Shown here: piece after piece, positions 25,832 through 40,045 of the stretch
How the letters are laid out: the number at the start of each line of letters is the position of its first letter
How positions within the stretch are numbered: position 1 is the first letter of the stretch
Source of the DNA: Paecilomyces variotii
Lineage: Eukaryota
Reading direction: 5' to 3' (one strand)
Length of the DNA stretch: 64,000 nucleotides
NCBI GenBank assembly: GCA_004022145.1
Contig: RCNU01000010.1
Notes under the pieces: generated by a model
What the model was told of the DNA's origin: nothing
The model's database searches: none
What the model saw: the letters and a program-made list of their open reading frames with translations, nothing else
Position numbers and translations under genes: made by a program

Positions 25832-28800
25832 GATGGCTCAATGGCTCGCGACCCCTTTCAGATCTCTTCAACAAAGGGTCAGGAAGAACAAACAGAGACA
25901 GATGACAGGCGTATCACCCCGGACCATACGCGGCGGATTGGCAGCGCGTCTCAAGATATCGCCGAAGATAGAATCTTGCGAGAAAGAAAAAGAGACCGGC
26001 CCGTGACCAGGGGACGCGAGGGTCTTTTTAAACACCTTTGAATCATCCGAGTACATGCTGCTGGGGGTTGACTATTCGGGCACTGGCCTTTGCGACCCCC
26101 GGCTTTTCGCCCGCAATTGACCATCTCCGGATCTGGAGGTGGACCTGATTAGTTGCGCTTCCCCAGCATCGGCCCCCGGGTTTTCTCCACCGAGTCTTCC
26201 CTGTGGCTGTTGGTTTGGAGGGGGAAGATCGGGCGACCAACGACTCCACTGTTACCGACTTGAAGCGCGAGGGTTGGTTGTCCGCCATCGGTTAGCCCTC
26301 TCAGACGACTTCAAGCGGCTCGGCGCAAACAGACGCCAGGACGACAAAGACGGCTATCCAGATGCTCCACCAGATGCCGTCATGGCGCATCCCAAGCCCT
26401 GGCCCTGCTTAACTTGTTTTGGCGAACCCGAGACACATCCCTGACGACGGAAACAGACTCATGGCATTGGATTCTAGCAAGCATCACTATCAACATCGTC
26501 TTCGTGCACGTGAGTTGCCGCCAGGCGCTCCGTTCTGTCCGCTCTCGCGGCGTGGTCGTTGCCCTCGCGTGGTGCCGAACCGCTAAATATGTTAATTTTT
26601 CCGGGGTTTGGGGAACTCCAGGTTTTGACTAAGTGGAGGTAAACCGGGGGAAGGGACTGAGCGGCGCTAGTTCTCCCAGCCCAGTGCCCGCCGGCTAAAA
26701 CTGAGTGCTGGGTGCTCGTGCGCAATCTTCATTTTTTTCTTCGATCCCGCCAGAAGGGATTTCACGAGTTCGATGGGTGGCTGACAGGACGTCGAGGCCT
26801 TCATGTCCCGACCTCCAACAAGAAACTCGGGATCGCGAGCGGCACCGTCTGGGCTGCCGTGTGATGATCGTACGGGACTTCACGTTTGTGCTTGGCCTTG
26901 TCCGTCCCGCGTTACAGTACGCACGGTGCTCTCAACTGGACAATATCCTGATGACGAGGATTGCGCAGGGCCGTCAGCTTCCCGAGGAAACGAGCCCCCT
27001 CAATGCTCGAATAACCATGCCAATCCGAAATCGTCACAACGCACAGTGGAGTGTCAGGCAGCGCTGGGCGAATCCCACGAGGGGCGATTTATTGCGCGCA
27101 GAGTCCACCTGAACAAATAATATCTATCCTTGCGCGGTTTTATTCGAAGCCGAAATGTAACTCGATACACCGTGACACTCGGTGCACCGTCCACTTCTCC
27201 ACCCCCAGCGGGGAGAGATTAAGTCTGAAGTTCGAGCCACTACGGCATCATTATTATTCAGCGATCTGTTCGGAGACGCCCGAAAGGGCCCGAGGCCGGT
27301 ATTCAGACTAACTTAGCATGCTCGTATAGAGAGTCTCTCTGTTGCAGCTGCTGTGGCTGCAAGGGGTGCCATGCGAGTCTTATCGTCAAGTGTCGATAAC
27401 TAAGTTAGTGGTTGGCCCACGGGGAATGCAGCCAGGGGTGTAATTCCAGAAGAAATCAAATGGTGAGAAAGTAGTTCAACGGAAGCAGAGGATGACCATC
27501 GTCGCTGCAGAAGGCCGATGCAGAAGTCCTGCCATCGGTAGCACACCCGTGACACGGGAAGTTGTACGGTGGAGTAATAATACCGCCTCAGTCACAAACT
27601 CTCAGACGATATACTTATTGCAGCCAATGATGGGTTCGCATTTCATCCTCGACTCGCTGAAACGTCCGCGGAATTGCCATTTGCAGAAGAGTTGCCAAGA
27701 ACTGCCGTCGTACCATACTCAACGTACCCAGGTAATTTACAGCCGTATACGAATCGGGACTGCAATGGTAGAGTATGTAAACATACAGTATATACTCTTA
27801 CCAAGAATCTTTTTCTGCGATGGTATCTACCTTTTGGGAAGCATCAGCTCTGTACACCATACTCGATCACTACGTACTCACTCTATGCCGTTGGGTGATG
27901 ATTGTCCGGAAAGCCGGGAAAATACAGAGTAATATCACCTCTGTACCAGGTTGTAATTATAGGATATTCTGCCCCACCCAAGATGGCTCTGCGGAACTGC
28001 CTCTTTGGGACAATCGGCCCAGAGCTGTCATACTCGAGAGAAGACAAACCATCCATCGTTTGCCGGACATGCAGATTTTGTGGAACACAAAGAATCACAT
28101 TCTCTCCAGAAACGCCTTCTAGAAGACTGTCTGCTGACACAGCTGCATTCAGTTAACCAACTAACCTACATTACATGAACTTCTTGACGAACGAAAACGG
28201 CTTTTCGGCATCGAACCGAGTACTATACATAACTCTTGTGACATGCGATATCATATCCATGTCTTTTTTGCATAGTTATCTCAGGAGTATTCTGTATTCC
28301 CTACTTCCGACTTCGAGGGGCTCTTTCACCTTCTACTGTTGGCTCGAGTTCTTACCAGCTCAAGTAATGTGGTTATACTTATTTCTTCCTCACGAGTACT
28401 CTACATCCATTGGGCTAATAATGGCTTTGATCGTCGCTCAGACCATGCGGTTGACAGGCCCATGTTGCGATGACAAGGCTGGGTAGCCACTTCCGTCATC
28501 GCCTGTCCCCCCTCTCTTTTGTTCCTTACTCATATTAGTGCAGCTTTTATCCATCCATTTCCTAGGACGTTTGTTTCTTTCTCCCGCCTTTTGGCCGGCA
28601 TTTACTGTAATCCAATCCCCATTCAAGCCAACTGATGCAAGAAACCTTCCACCATAGGCAGAAATCCGTTAGAATCTGATAATAATCATCGACGGCTCAA
28701 TGAAGTGGCTCGTGTTGCACAGCAGTCCAGTAGTTCAGTCCCTTGCCTGCCGAACTTACGTCTCCCGTCCCTTTGATTCGACTCGGCACCCTGCATGTAC

Positions 28801-29210
28801 TGTACATAGATGTTATCTCCTAGTCATACACGCGGACACTTGCACAGCAGCCAGCCATGATTGGACTTGGTTAGGTTAGACCTATTCTGTAGCCCATATC
28901 CCAGTTGTCCCTGGCTTTCAATTCGAGTAACAGTTCGGTTGATATCGGACCACAATGACCCGAGGGAGTAAATGCTTCTTCTTTTTCTTCTTCCCCCTGG
29001 ATTTATTTTTCCATCCTTTGCAATGGCTGCATTCATATCAAGTCTGCATGGTGTATTCTACGTACGGGTATCATATGAGCGAGCTATATGTCTTGAACAT
29101 GACTCTGCAAGCTGATAATCTATACTAGGATCGAACATGACGATTAGTATCAGCATTTATTCATGAAATCATTTCCCCCGATTGATAGTCATACAATATC
29201 GCGTCTCTGC

Positions 29211-30239
29211 CTAAGAAGTGTTATTAGGAACTGTCAAGCCTACAAAAACAACCAGAACAGCCGCGTAAGCAGCCGTGCTCGAAAGAACGTCCTTCAACCC
29301 TTCAATAAATAAGGCCATCATAAGACCAAATATAGACACGAACACCGATGTGGAAACCAGAGCGGTATAGAGTGTCCTGTGGAGGACCATCAGCCACATA
29401 GGTGCTATAAGCAAGATACCTCCTACAGCGGCTACCACCAATCGTTGCCGGAAACCCTTGACCCAGCTCTGCCGCAAGTTTCCGTCTCTTGTACCACCGA
29501 TAGGGGCTGGTCTTATGTTGAGCGCCTCCCACGAGAGAATAGACTTCTCCCAACGCAGCGGGTCTGCTTCATTCTCCTTGTTCCTCATGGCTACTTGGAG
29601 CATAAGGCGATCTATAGCTCGCTCTCCAGTCACGATAAAAGGGTCTTCTTTCCGTAATGCATATTTTGCCATATAATCATAATCTTGCAAAGCTTGAACT
29701 ATGACAGAGCTGCATCAGTGGGAAAGGAATCCGAATATATATAACTGATTCGAACCAATGGTAGACTCACCATACTGTCTCAAGTCCTCAGCCCAGCCTG
29801 AAGGTTCCATAGCGTCGTATCGTAGGTCAACTGCGTGATAGACTAACTTATGTTGGAGTTGTCGTAATCGTAAGCGTTGTAGCTCAGAGAGATCGATATT
29901 GTAACTCTCTTCGTTGCCTTTTAGCTCAGAATTAATTGCGCCGATTCCACATTGAAGGTGTTGATTGTTGTGTTCTGGTTGTCGTTCGTCTGGCATGATT
30001 TCGTGACCACGACTACTCAAACGCCGTTCTGACTTACGGTCTGAATCTTTATTCATCTTAGAGCGTTGTGTAAATATCATGCTAAACAGAGAGCCAACTG
30101 GTTTACAGATCTTTGTGATGAGATTAGGGCGATGGTGGTCGATGATCCAGGAAGGGTCCTCAAAGTCCAGAAAGGCGTGCCCATCATTTTCTCCGTGATT
30201 GCCTTCGAGATCAGGCTCGTGCTGGGCTCGGAAAAACAT
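29211..30239 (-). CDS. Hypothetical membrane protein with 3 C-terminal TM helices (DUF6594-like); intron 29699-29770
   Basis: Splicing gives LRQY|VQALQDYDY. The C-terminus is hydrophobic and ends in TAAYAAVLVVFVG. Confidence 0.75.
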
Positions 30240-32688
30240 AATATAATGATTTTGAGTGTCAATAGAACACCATATGCGAATACTCTATGGTGCAGAAATA
30301 GCGTGCAAGAACGCGCTTTCGAACGATTGGAGCTGAAATTTTGAGTGATAGGCCTATTTTCCGTTGTATAGCTGGCAAAAGGGGCCAGCATTCCCTACTG
30401 TGAGAAAGATTCCCACAGTGGGAGCAATGTCCCCGTTCTAAACTCCTATTATTATCTTTTCTTTTAGATATAATTTGGTTGTTAACATACTTTTTCCCTT
30501 TAAACAGGTAAAGGCGGCAAGCGAATAGTCTAGTGGCGCGATAAAGGTAGGAGTAGGATACGCACGCGTTTGGTCTTAAATAAAGAAATTAAAGATAGCT
30601 TAAGCGTTATTTGCTTAACTAAGTATCAGTAGTTATAAATCACTGGCCGTTTAGTTTGGCTTTCGAGCACTTTATGGTTCGTCTGGTCAGTTTAAGAGAC
30701 GAGAGAGAGGGGAAGTTGTCCGTCGAGGCGAGAGCCTAAGAGCCTTGCCGCCCCCACCCTCTTGCCCATTATTTGAAAAAAGAAACCATTACCATTCTGC
30801 GGCGGTGCAGCTCAGCTCCTGGGGCTGAGCTCGTCCTCAGCTGGGCTGAAGTGTATGCCCTGTCCCGCATTTTCGCCTGATCGTGGCTACCTCTATGCGC
30901 AAACGATCCTTCTAATATGGTCACTAAGTAGGGCTCGCCAAGTGCAGAATTGTTCCCTCTATTCACCTCTACCTTACTATCATACCTTACTCGATTGATG
31001 ACGGGATTTTACTCTGTTTACTACATACCTCAATAGTGTCTTTGAGGCGCCAGGTTTCCGGTTAAGCCAATCTCAATAGCGATTGAGTCAATGTCGTCTA
31101 AAATACTCATTTTAAACTCCATTCTCCAATAGCCGTATTCTCGTCGCTTTTTCATACCCGCCATTGGCCCACCGCTATAAAGAATATTTGGAGAGGCCTG
31201 AAAATGCCTACGACGACAAACATGAATGGGGAGTCATTATTTTGCAGAGACAGGTGGTGTCCATCGTCCTCCCCCCAGGCATAACCTTTGAGTCCCCAAG
31301 CGACTCTAAGGATGCCGTTCTGGTTTTCGAAGACGAAATGATGGCGGTAAATTGGGAAAAAAAAAAAAAAGATGATACTGTGGGAGAAGACTACGAAGCA
31401 CGAAGGTCCAAAGCGAAGCATTTCACGGTCATTTACAGTAGGGCAACTCACCGAAAAGTTGAGTCTACCAAGACAAACATATCCGCTTTACCACACGGAA
31501 CCGCTTTACCACATGCAGGCGGCAAGGCAACAAATAATGCCGAGTCCAAAACCATTTGGACAGTTTTCGGATTCATTTATAAGACAATTCAGGGAAGGGC
31601 AGAATTAGATAGCTTATGTTCTAGTTAGATATCAAAACTAGCACTTGCTTATCGTCTTCTCATATATGTATATTACCAAACCACAGCCCATAGAAAATGT
31701 TAGAGAGCCAAGCAAACCAACTAGGAATTCTCCTTTTTGGTTGTCTGGCAGAAAGCCGTCAGAAACCTTGATAATCTATTCGAGATAACTATGGACCGGG
31801 TCTCTGAGTAAGATTGTCACAAAGGGTATCCAGCATCGCAGGAGTTGCGCTTGGTGGCTCGAGTGCGGAGACTACTGGGTGGCTGCATGTATGTATTTTC
31901 GTATATTGGGGACAGAACGCTCGATACATTTGCTATCTAGTTGGCAATTCTGTAGATGGCCGCGCATCACACGGCCCTTATTATTGCTTACCTAGTTAAC
32001 CATGGTGTGTATTATATGTACAAGCCCTCCGCTTGATCGGACTGCCATGCTACTCCCCATATGCGATCACGGATGCGTTGTTTTTCAATCTCTCCTTCTG
32101 ACTTGCGTGAATTCGGGACAATACTTCGAAAAATTGAGCTGAGGGCCTCTTAGTCGCTGACATCACCCGGCATACCTAGGTACAATCGCCCGACTTCAAA
32201 GCGCGCTAGTAATTTAGGACAACCATACAATTTGGCCAACTACATCCCATGGAGAAGTCATTGGCAGTTTGCAACTGTGGTGCCAAACTATCGACGTGCC
32301 CACGTACTGTGTACTCAATTCTCCTGTTTATATGCACCAGATAATGCATATCCACGGCATCTTTCAATACTCAACTGGGTCCCGAAGGAGATACGCTAGG
32401 ATTCTCCATTATTACTACCTAGGCCAACCTGGATAGCAGTCACATTTTCAGAGATAACTTTTGGCTTTTTCTGGGCATATCTTCATCCCGTTTAGGGTGA
32501 CATGTCCGCTCTTCCACGTGGGGTGGATGAGCAGACGAAACACCACGGGAATGACTGCCAGATCGCAAATTGCATCATGAAAGGAGAGCTGATCACCGAC
32601 AACACCATCACCAAACTCTGCACTCGGCACACCGCTACAGAAGAATCATTCCATTGATGCCCCTGGTTGTCATGATCGGACCGAGCCT

Positions 32689-34897
32689 TTACCACTCTCC
32701 GGCACTGGCCGCCCAGCCGCCACCATTGCCAGCGTTGCCAGCATTGTCGGTGTTCTCCTCTCCAAAACCGCCAGCATCCTCGCCCAAGGGGACATCGGGA
32801 TCTCCTCCACCGAAGCCCGCGTACTCGTCGGTTTCGGCAGCAGGCTTCTGGCAACGCTTGGAGGTGTGTCCCACTTGCTACTCGTTAGAATTGTTTACCA
32901 TAGCCAGAAGCTAAAGAAAGTGCTTACTTTCACCGCAGTTGTTACACTTCACTTTGTCCCAATTCTTTTTCTCGGTGCAGTCGCGGCTGTAGTGACCAAC
33001 TGGCAATGGCCTAGTCAGAAGGGTCCTTGTATTTTGTCCCGGATGGGCTTCTCACCTTGATCACAGTTACGGCAGGTGACAGTGGAGACATCGCGAGGTT
33101 TGTCGCAGTCGCGCGCCATGTGGTCCTCAGATCTATAGACATTAGTGGTCACACTGGCCAGAAAACTTGTCTATACTTACCCGCAGTTACGGCAGGTTCG
33201 AGCTCCACCACCTTGTGGACAATCCTTCGCAAAATGACCGACTAGGTAGCGTTATCTGTCAATATTGGTTTTCTCTCATGGAAACGGCACCCCATACCTT
33301 CGTTGCATTTCTTGCACTCAACCCCTTCCGCAGAACGCGGCTCAGTGCATTCAGATGCTTTGTGCTCGGTGGAACTGCCCAATGTTAGTGATTGATCTAA
33401 AGACAGAGAACCTTCTCTATAGACTTACCCGCAGTTGCGGCAAGCAAACCGATCACGGCGCTTTTCAGTACAGTCTCGAGCACGATGGCCAACATTTCCA
33501 CAGTTGACACATTTGACCTCCACACGTTCGATGGTATTGCGTTCCTGCTTGCAGGCTTTCGAACCATGTCCCATTTCTACACAACCCCGTTAATATGGTG
33601 ATCATTTCGAGATTGTACACAGGGATTTACTTACCGCCACAGTTGGAGCACTTGGGGATCTGACGGTCATAGGGGAGCCCGGCGTCCGCGAGGCGCTCGA
33701 TATTCTCTTCGGGGTTTGATGGCCAGCGGTCCTTGAGGTTTGCACGCTGTGGCTTCGGGCGGAAGTAGAATCCCACCACATATTTGCAGTCAAGCTTTCC
33801 CTGAAGATTGATGAGACTTCTGCAGTCGCCGACCTCTTTCTCCTATTTGGCGGACAATCAGCTCTCAGTTCATTTGTACAGCCTGTAAGCATGGTGATAT
33901 TACCAGAGCAATGAGGAAAACTTTGAAGTCCTCCTCTCGCATCTTCTTTTCAATGTCCGCAAAAGTGGCCTGCGGGACCGCTTTGGAGTAAATCTTCATA
34001 CCCTACAGTCATGTCAGCTGCATTGAAAGCCGAATCTTCAGGAGAGCATCTTACCTCACGGAAGTCCTCGAGATCCTGTTCATCACTAGCTTTCTTGAGG
34101 ACAGCCCAAGCTTCTTCCGGGGTTTTATCAGGAATGTCGTTCAGGTCAAACTTGCGATGTTCAGTGCAGTCTTTGGCCAGATGTCCTATTACGAGATGAC
34201 ATCAGTATCTTCCACGACATATGCTTTGAAGGGTACTGTCACATTACCTTCTTTCTTGCAGTTCTTGCAAATATCAGCCGGTTTTTCCGGGCATTCGGAA
34301 GCAGGGTGACCTTCCTGGTTGCAAATACGGCAGGTCCCTTTAAAGACGCGAGGCTTGGTACATTCTGCCTTCGAGTGGCTGAATCATGTTTAGCACCGAT
34401 TGAGAAAATCCCGCATGGCTCCCCAAGGACTCACCCTTCTTCACCACAGTTGAAGCATGCTCCCATCTTACGAGGCTCAGGGCAATCGCGGACGAAATGA
34501 CCTTCTTGTCCACAGCTTTGCAGATGTGTCAGACTCTGTATGATCTTCGATTGACATCAACTTACTTGCGGCAGCTACCATCCTTCGCTGGACCATCTGC
34601 GTTGGGAGTCATTGGGTCCCAGTTCTCTTTACCACCCGCGGCTGGGCCTGCGGCAGGGTCCGCCGCGAAATCAGCATCCAGATTGCCATTTCCATAGCTG
34701 GTCTCTTTCAACGCCGCTATATATTATCAGACAGATTAGTTCTGATCAAGGTCTGCATTCTGTCTGAATGCGTGACACGAATGTCCGCTGTTGACACTCG
34801 AGACTTTCATCGATAACAAGAGCAGCAGATTATAGAGTGATCTCTACTTACCGTCACCATCATCCCAACCACCATCAGGAGCCCAATCACCCGCCAT
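32689..34897 (-). CDS. Multi-CCHC zinc-knuckle protein (CnjB/Byr3-like), many introns
   Basis: Repeated C-x2-C-x4-H-x4-C knuckles, e.g. CFNCGEEG, CRICNQEGHPASEC and CSNCG. The C-terminus is GHTSKRCQKP...ASAGEW*. Confidence 0.88.
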
Positions 34898-35813
34898 CTT
34901 GGATGAGACTGCTTGTCGAATCTATGTGGCACGAGTAAGCTCCACGATGTTTCACAGAGTGGGCTTCAAAACGCGTAAAGGCACGTCTGCATCTTCATGT
35001 ACAGTGAATCAAATACAGGAGGATGCAAGAGTGGAGTGCAAGATCAACGACAAAGAGGAATTGTCAAGGTCTCTTCACTGGAGGAGCCAGCAACACCAGC
35101 CAAAAGCAGGAGCCTCTGTCACCAGGAGAGGAGATGATGGAAAGGATAAAAAGCTGGAAAGCAAAGGGACTTACAAGGGTTCTTAGGATGGTATCAATTT
35201 GCTGGAATGGCAGTGTGGGATGTCGAGGAGGAACACCAAGTGAGGGGAGGAGTAGGCAGTGGCAGAAAAGGAAACAGACGCGTCCATGTACACGTTCTCT
35301 GGGTGACAGCACCACATCTGACCGGACGTGCACCCGTCCCTCTTTGGTCAAAGAAATTTTTGTTTGATGTGGCTCCCTTGCTCCCTTCTGCCAATATTCT
35401 GTGTCTTCTTATGGAGCTTTCCAACTACTCTTTGCATTAGTATTCTGTACCCTCAGCTACCCCTGAGAATCACAATTAGTCTCAGAATGCTCCATGAAAT
35501 ACAGTGTTAGGGAATCAGCAAAGATACATTAGATTATGTTTTATCAATTTCCTTCGTAGTAGGCTTAAAAATTCTTTGCTTTATATCGGGTACATGCATT
35601 GCTACTTGTAGAAAGCCTAGATGCAAACGCGACCCGTTTCAAATGCAGTCTATGATCAACAGATGCCTATTTCTGCTATTAGTCTACTTATTACTGAGTG
35701 TCTACGAGATTCAGAATCTTGATCGTTATTCGCATCAAATTAAGTCGCAACCTTGTCTCAAATTGGTTCTCGTTCACAGACAGTCTTCGCTAACAGCCAC
35801 GAGCACGAATGCC

Positions 35814-36907
35814 CTATGGGGTCTGGTTGAAATCATAGCTATTACCAAAACCACGATTCAGATAACTCGATAGCGCTTTTTCCCTCGAGATCCAGTCGAC
35901 CGGAACCTCCAACCCAGATTGTCCCTCGATGACTGTGCGAATTTCCTCAGCAAACTCCAGTCGCATGGGATTTCTATACCAGGGTGCAAAATGGACTAGA
36001 GGGAAGTCAGAGCTATTGAATTGAAGGCATATCATGGATTGAACTTACTCATTGCTAGCATGACTCTTGGATCTGGCGTATGATTGCCCTTCCCTGCATG
36101 CCATAGATGAAGGTCTCGTATGACAATTGATCCTTTCTTCACGAAAGGTTGAGAGGGCGGCCTTGTGGCCCTTCTCTCCTCCAAGAGGTGTGATTTTATC
36201 CTTCCACTCGCCCTTTCTCCGTGGCGACCATCTTGAGCGTCCAGATCCGCATTGTTTTGGGTTCCTAACCACACTTCCGTAGAACCGTTGTTTGGAGTCA
36301 TTGTGATCAATGGCACATTGATAACGAGGGCAAATGGATGAGCCGGATGCGCAAAGTCAGCGTCTGTATGCACTGGTTGCGACTGAGGAGGCGATTCTGG
36401 CGTCGGAGGCATTGCCGTATTCCCTGAGCAAAATGTCCATTTTGGGCGCGGTCCTAGGAACGTAGATGTGACTTGTGAAGTAACTGGGTCTGAAAGCTGT
36501 CAGCATCTATGTGAAATGTATACTGAAATAGACCCGGACTCACTCAAGAAGATGCTCCTGTGGAAATGTTCCAGTATCGGAGGAGGATCCTGCTGAATAT
36601 TCCCAGGGTTGTAGTTAAACGGACTGTCAGGTTTGTCTCGAAGAACGTATGCATCTCTTGTCATGACTTCGTTCAGGGCGTCCAAAGAGCCGTGATCGAC
36701 CACATCTTCTATCACAACTAAACCGTCCTTGTGTAGACTTCCGATAGCGGTCTCGAGATTCTGCGATGAAAGCTGTAAACGATCAACTTCATCTTTGGAA
36801 GGGGTTATGGTGATGGGAAGGGGATTGCCGCGCTGAAATGCATTCCCTGAAGCGAACCGCCGTTGTGGAAGGAAAATACTAGCATTTCGCAACAAGGGTT
36901 TCAACAT
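35814..36907 (-). CDS. PhyH-family Fe(II)/2-oxoglutarate dioxygenase, 2 introns, possible mitochondrial presequence
   Basis: HTDAD (HxD), NGSTEVW, KGSIVIRDLHLWHAG and N..R. The N-terminus MLKPLLRNASIFLPQRRFAS is basic with no acidic residues. Confidence 0.88.
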
Positions 36908-37283
36908 AATCTCGGATATCGGAAATGGTCAGGTAGCGTAGACAGTTATCTCAGTGCTTGCCGTGCGATGTTGGCTTTCGACATCTTGTTCGCGCGGGGA
37001 TATCCATGAGTTTATATATTGTGGACAAGTACTGTATAGTTATTGCGTACCTGTTTCTGACCAATAATGACAGCTTTCTTTCTTCTTTTTTTTGTTTCAT
37101 CATATTATAGACTAGCTGAAGAGGTCTAGCATCAATGATTTCCGGGCGTTCGTAAACTGCTACGGAGTGGAACCAACCCTTCGTTGGTCTCGTCTTTCGC
37201 CCGCAATATGCATCCCTCGTCTTTCCTCCCCCGCATTCTCGCAAAACTCGGTAAACGGAGTACATTATCGTCGAGCGCATAAT

Positions 37284-38996
37284 ATGCCTAGACCCAGACA
37301 AGAGAACCGTAAATGATAGATCCTAAGCATTGTTTCTACCCAGAACCCAAACACTGAGACTGCACCAGGCTGGTATGACTCGAAGCATGCGATGGTTCAG
37401 TACAATACGCTGACAGCCGACCCCCGATCAAACGTTCCAGTCAAACCTGTCGTCTTCGTAAAGTGAAATGTCTGTCTTACGTTGGATTAAGTTCCTTGCT
37501 CGAGGCTAATGCGATACTAACAGGCGACGGATCGTTTCCCATATGTCGCACTTGTCAAAGGAGTGGGCGAATCTGCGAAAGAGAGATTCCGAATCACTCG
37601 TCAAACCATCGATCGTCCACGCAAGATACCACAGAGAAAGGGTATAACAACTCACAGCGACAGAATCTGCAATTACTCGATCTCCCTACTCCAGAGTACC
37701 CACGCAGTTCCCTGAAGAATCGTCGTGTCTGTTCCATTTTCCAACATTACATCAAAAATCTGGCGTCGTGGTATGATCTAAATGACAGATTGCGACGGTT
37801 TGAGGACGTTGTCCCTCGACATGCTCTTGATGACTCTCTTCTATTCAGCGCCGTGATTGCTTTCTCGGCGATACACCTGAGCAGGCTTAACCATCAGACA
37901 GAATTCCAATACATTGCAGAGTTCTATCACCTGGAGAGCATTCGAAGGTTGATAGCAGTGACAAATAACGGTGAACGAATTCATAATGGAGCCACTCTAG
38001 CAGCTATGTGTCTGCTTCGCTCATACGAGATACTTGCTGGTAAGCTAGTGATATTACAACACACAGGAATAACCTCTACAGGGCTACAATGTCAATTTGA
38101 GATGCGGTTCTGACACTTTAACCAGAGAACGTTGGTACTCAAAGCCATCTTCACGGGTCGTCATCGCTCTTGGCAGGTCAGCAAATTCAAATAGGTGCAG
38201 ATTTGATAAGTGCAGGATTCTGGAATTATCTGCGAGAAGACATCACAGTTGCTCTGATGGAGAAACGCCCGTTGAAGATTGATCTATCGAACGTCTCGAT
38301 GCCGAACCCCATTGAAGATAACGACAGAGCGAACGCGATCAGTCAATTATTAGGGATCGTGATCAATCGCTGCCTAGGAAAAGACGCACCGGCTCTTGCT
38401 TTGTCTGAATGGACATCACTTCAGACAGACTTAGACCGATGGAAGGCAGATTTGCCTCGGACATTCGAGCCTGTCTCACTTTCGAGTCCTCGAAAGAGCA
38501 AGTTCCCGGAGCTTGTCATGTTCCACGGATGGCACAGTAAGTTGCATATTCAACGGATTTATAATATTCTTAACTAATTACTTTTCAGTTGCCGCTATGC
38601 AATACTATTATACAGCCGAGAGTATTCTCACTCTCGCTGCACCGACCTCCGCAGGCCAGAACGCGTGGCAGAAGACAGAGCATATCAATAACATGCGTCG
38701 AAAGTTGGCATCCAATGCCATCCAGCTCTGCAGCTTGGCCATATCAAATGAGTCCAATGCCGCTAGAGTCAACGCCTTTGGTCCCATTTGTTTCTGTGAG
38801 TTTCGAGTTTACAGACGATCAAAGTAGCAGGATCACGGACGCTAACTTTCAGTCTTTGTGTTTAGGCGGGCCCTGGATCACTGATGCAGAGCAGCGTATT
38901 GAACTTGTCGGCGCATTGAGGCTATGGCAAGATATAACCGCTTGGCCTGTCGATACGATTATACACACCCTCTCCACAGCGTGGCAAACAGAATGA
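37284..38996 (+). CDS. Zn(II)2Cys6 transcription factor with fungal TF domain, divergent from the PhyH gene
   Basis: The spliced N-terminus reads MPRPRQENRCQTCRLRKVKCDGSFPICRTCQRSGRIC; later motifs are LASWYD, LLRSYE and FWNYLREDI. The 5' model needs a 4-nt micro-exon. Confidence 0.82.
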
Positions 38997-39262
38997 CGCT
39001 CACGACTGACTTATGCGGAGCACATCCCTCTTGGAAGTATTAAAAATGAGAACGGCTCAACCGTGGTCAAATTTCGAAAGCATTGTATACTGCGCAAAAT
39101 TCCTGGACGTTACGCTACCAACTTGAAACTCAAAAGTTGAAGTACACATGGCATTGAAGCTAGAACAAAAAACACAACAGAAAGGGAACAAGCAGCCACG
39201 AGCCCTCGAGTACTTCATTCCAGGGTGCCGTGTCGAGAAGTTGCCATAACCGCACGTTAAAT

Positions 39263-40045
39263 TCATCTGAAGAGTCTGCTCAGCATTCCTCCGGCAAGGT
39301 TGCTCACGATGCCACCAGAAAATGCTCTGTTTGCCAAGTTGGACGCCTGGCTGAAACGGTCACATCGGGAGAATGCCACGGTGTTTGTGATAGTGAGAAC
39401 AAGGGCAATAGCTAGATATATGTTAGCTACTCGAATCTTGCAGGGACGTTGCCTAGTAGCGACCGCGCAACTTACCAACTAGACTAAGCCAGATAACATT
39501 GTTCAATCTCACGATCGCCAGGATCGCAAGTCCGATCCAGAGTGCCGGAGTCGCATACATGCTCAGCCAGAAAAACCTCTTGTCGGTAGCATTGATGGTG
39601 CGTGTGTTCGGATCCGAGCTCTCGAAGACCCAATGCGAATCGCCCGTTGCTGTATTAACTTCGTTCCACCAGCGCAAGCCGACTAATCGGCGACCAGCAA
39701 TATTCTTGAGATAGTAAAAATCGGCAGAGAGGAGAAGGAGAGTAATAATGAAGACCAGAATACTAAATGCGCAGCAGTTTGTCAGCATCCTAAGTATCCG
39801 CAGCCACTTAGGCAAGCATATATAGGAGCTCGCGGGAAACGTACAAGTTGTCGATGAAAAGAACACCGAATAGATACATGAGCAGACTTCCTACACATAG
39901 CGCATCACTATCAGCATTCATAGGCGGTATCGTAACTCCCACATGACAGGTTAGACAAACCGATCCTAAAGCCCAGAAAGAACAAGAGCGTAAGCGGATG
40001 CGCGCTCAGGCGCCAATTCAGCTCACCGATCTGTGGCTGATCCAT
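39263..40045 (-). CDS. TVP23: Golgi membrane protein Tvp23
   Basis: [33 protein letters not shown] and DKRFFW. Three introns. Confidence 0.93.

Noticed and set aside
26000-29200. Many short ORFs in a long intergenic region
   Set aside because: No domain motifs; consistent with the transporter's upstream region and non-coding DNA.
30393-30850. Two short hairpins and a TA-rich patch as a possible MITE or RIP-decayed element
   Set aside because: No matching terminal inverted repeats, target-site duplication or second copy visible.
31091-31628. 154-aa ORF with an A14 run
   Set aside because: TTG start, the upstream ATG frame is closed by stops, and no family is recognisable. It may be a remnant but cannot be supported.
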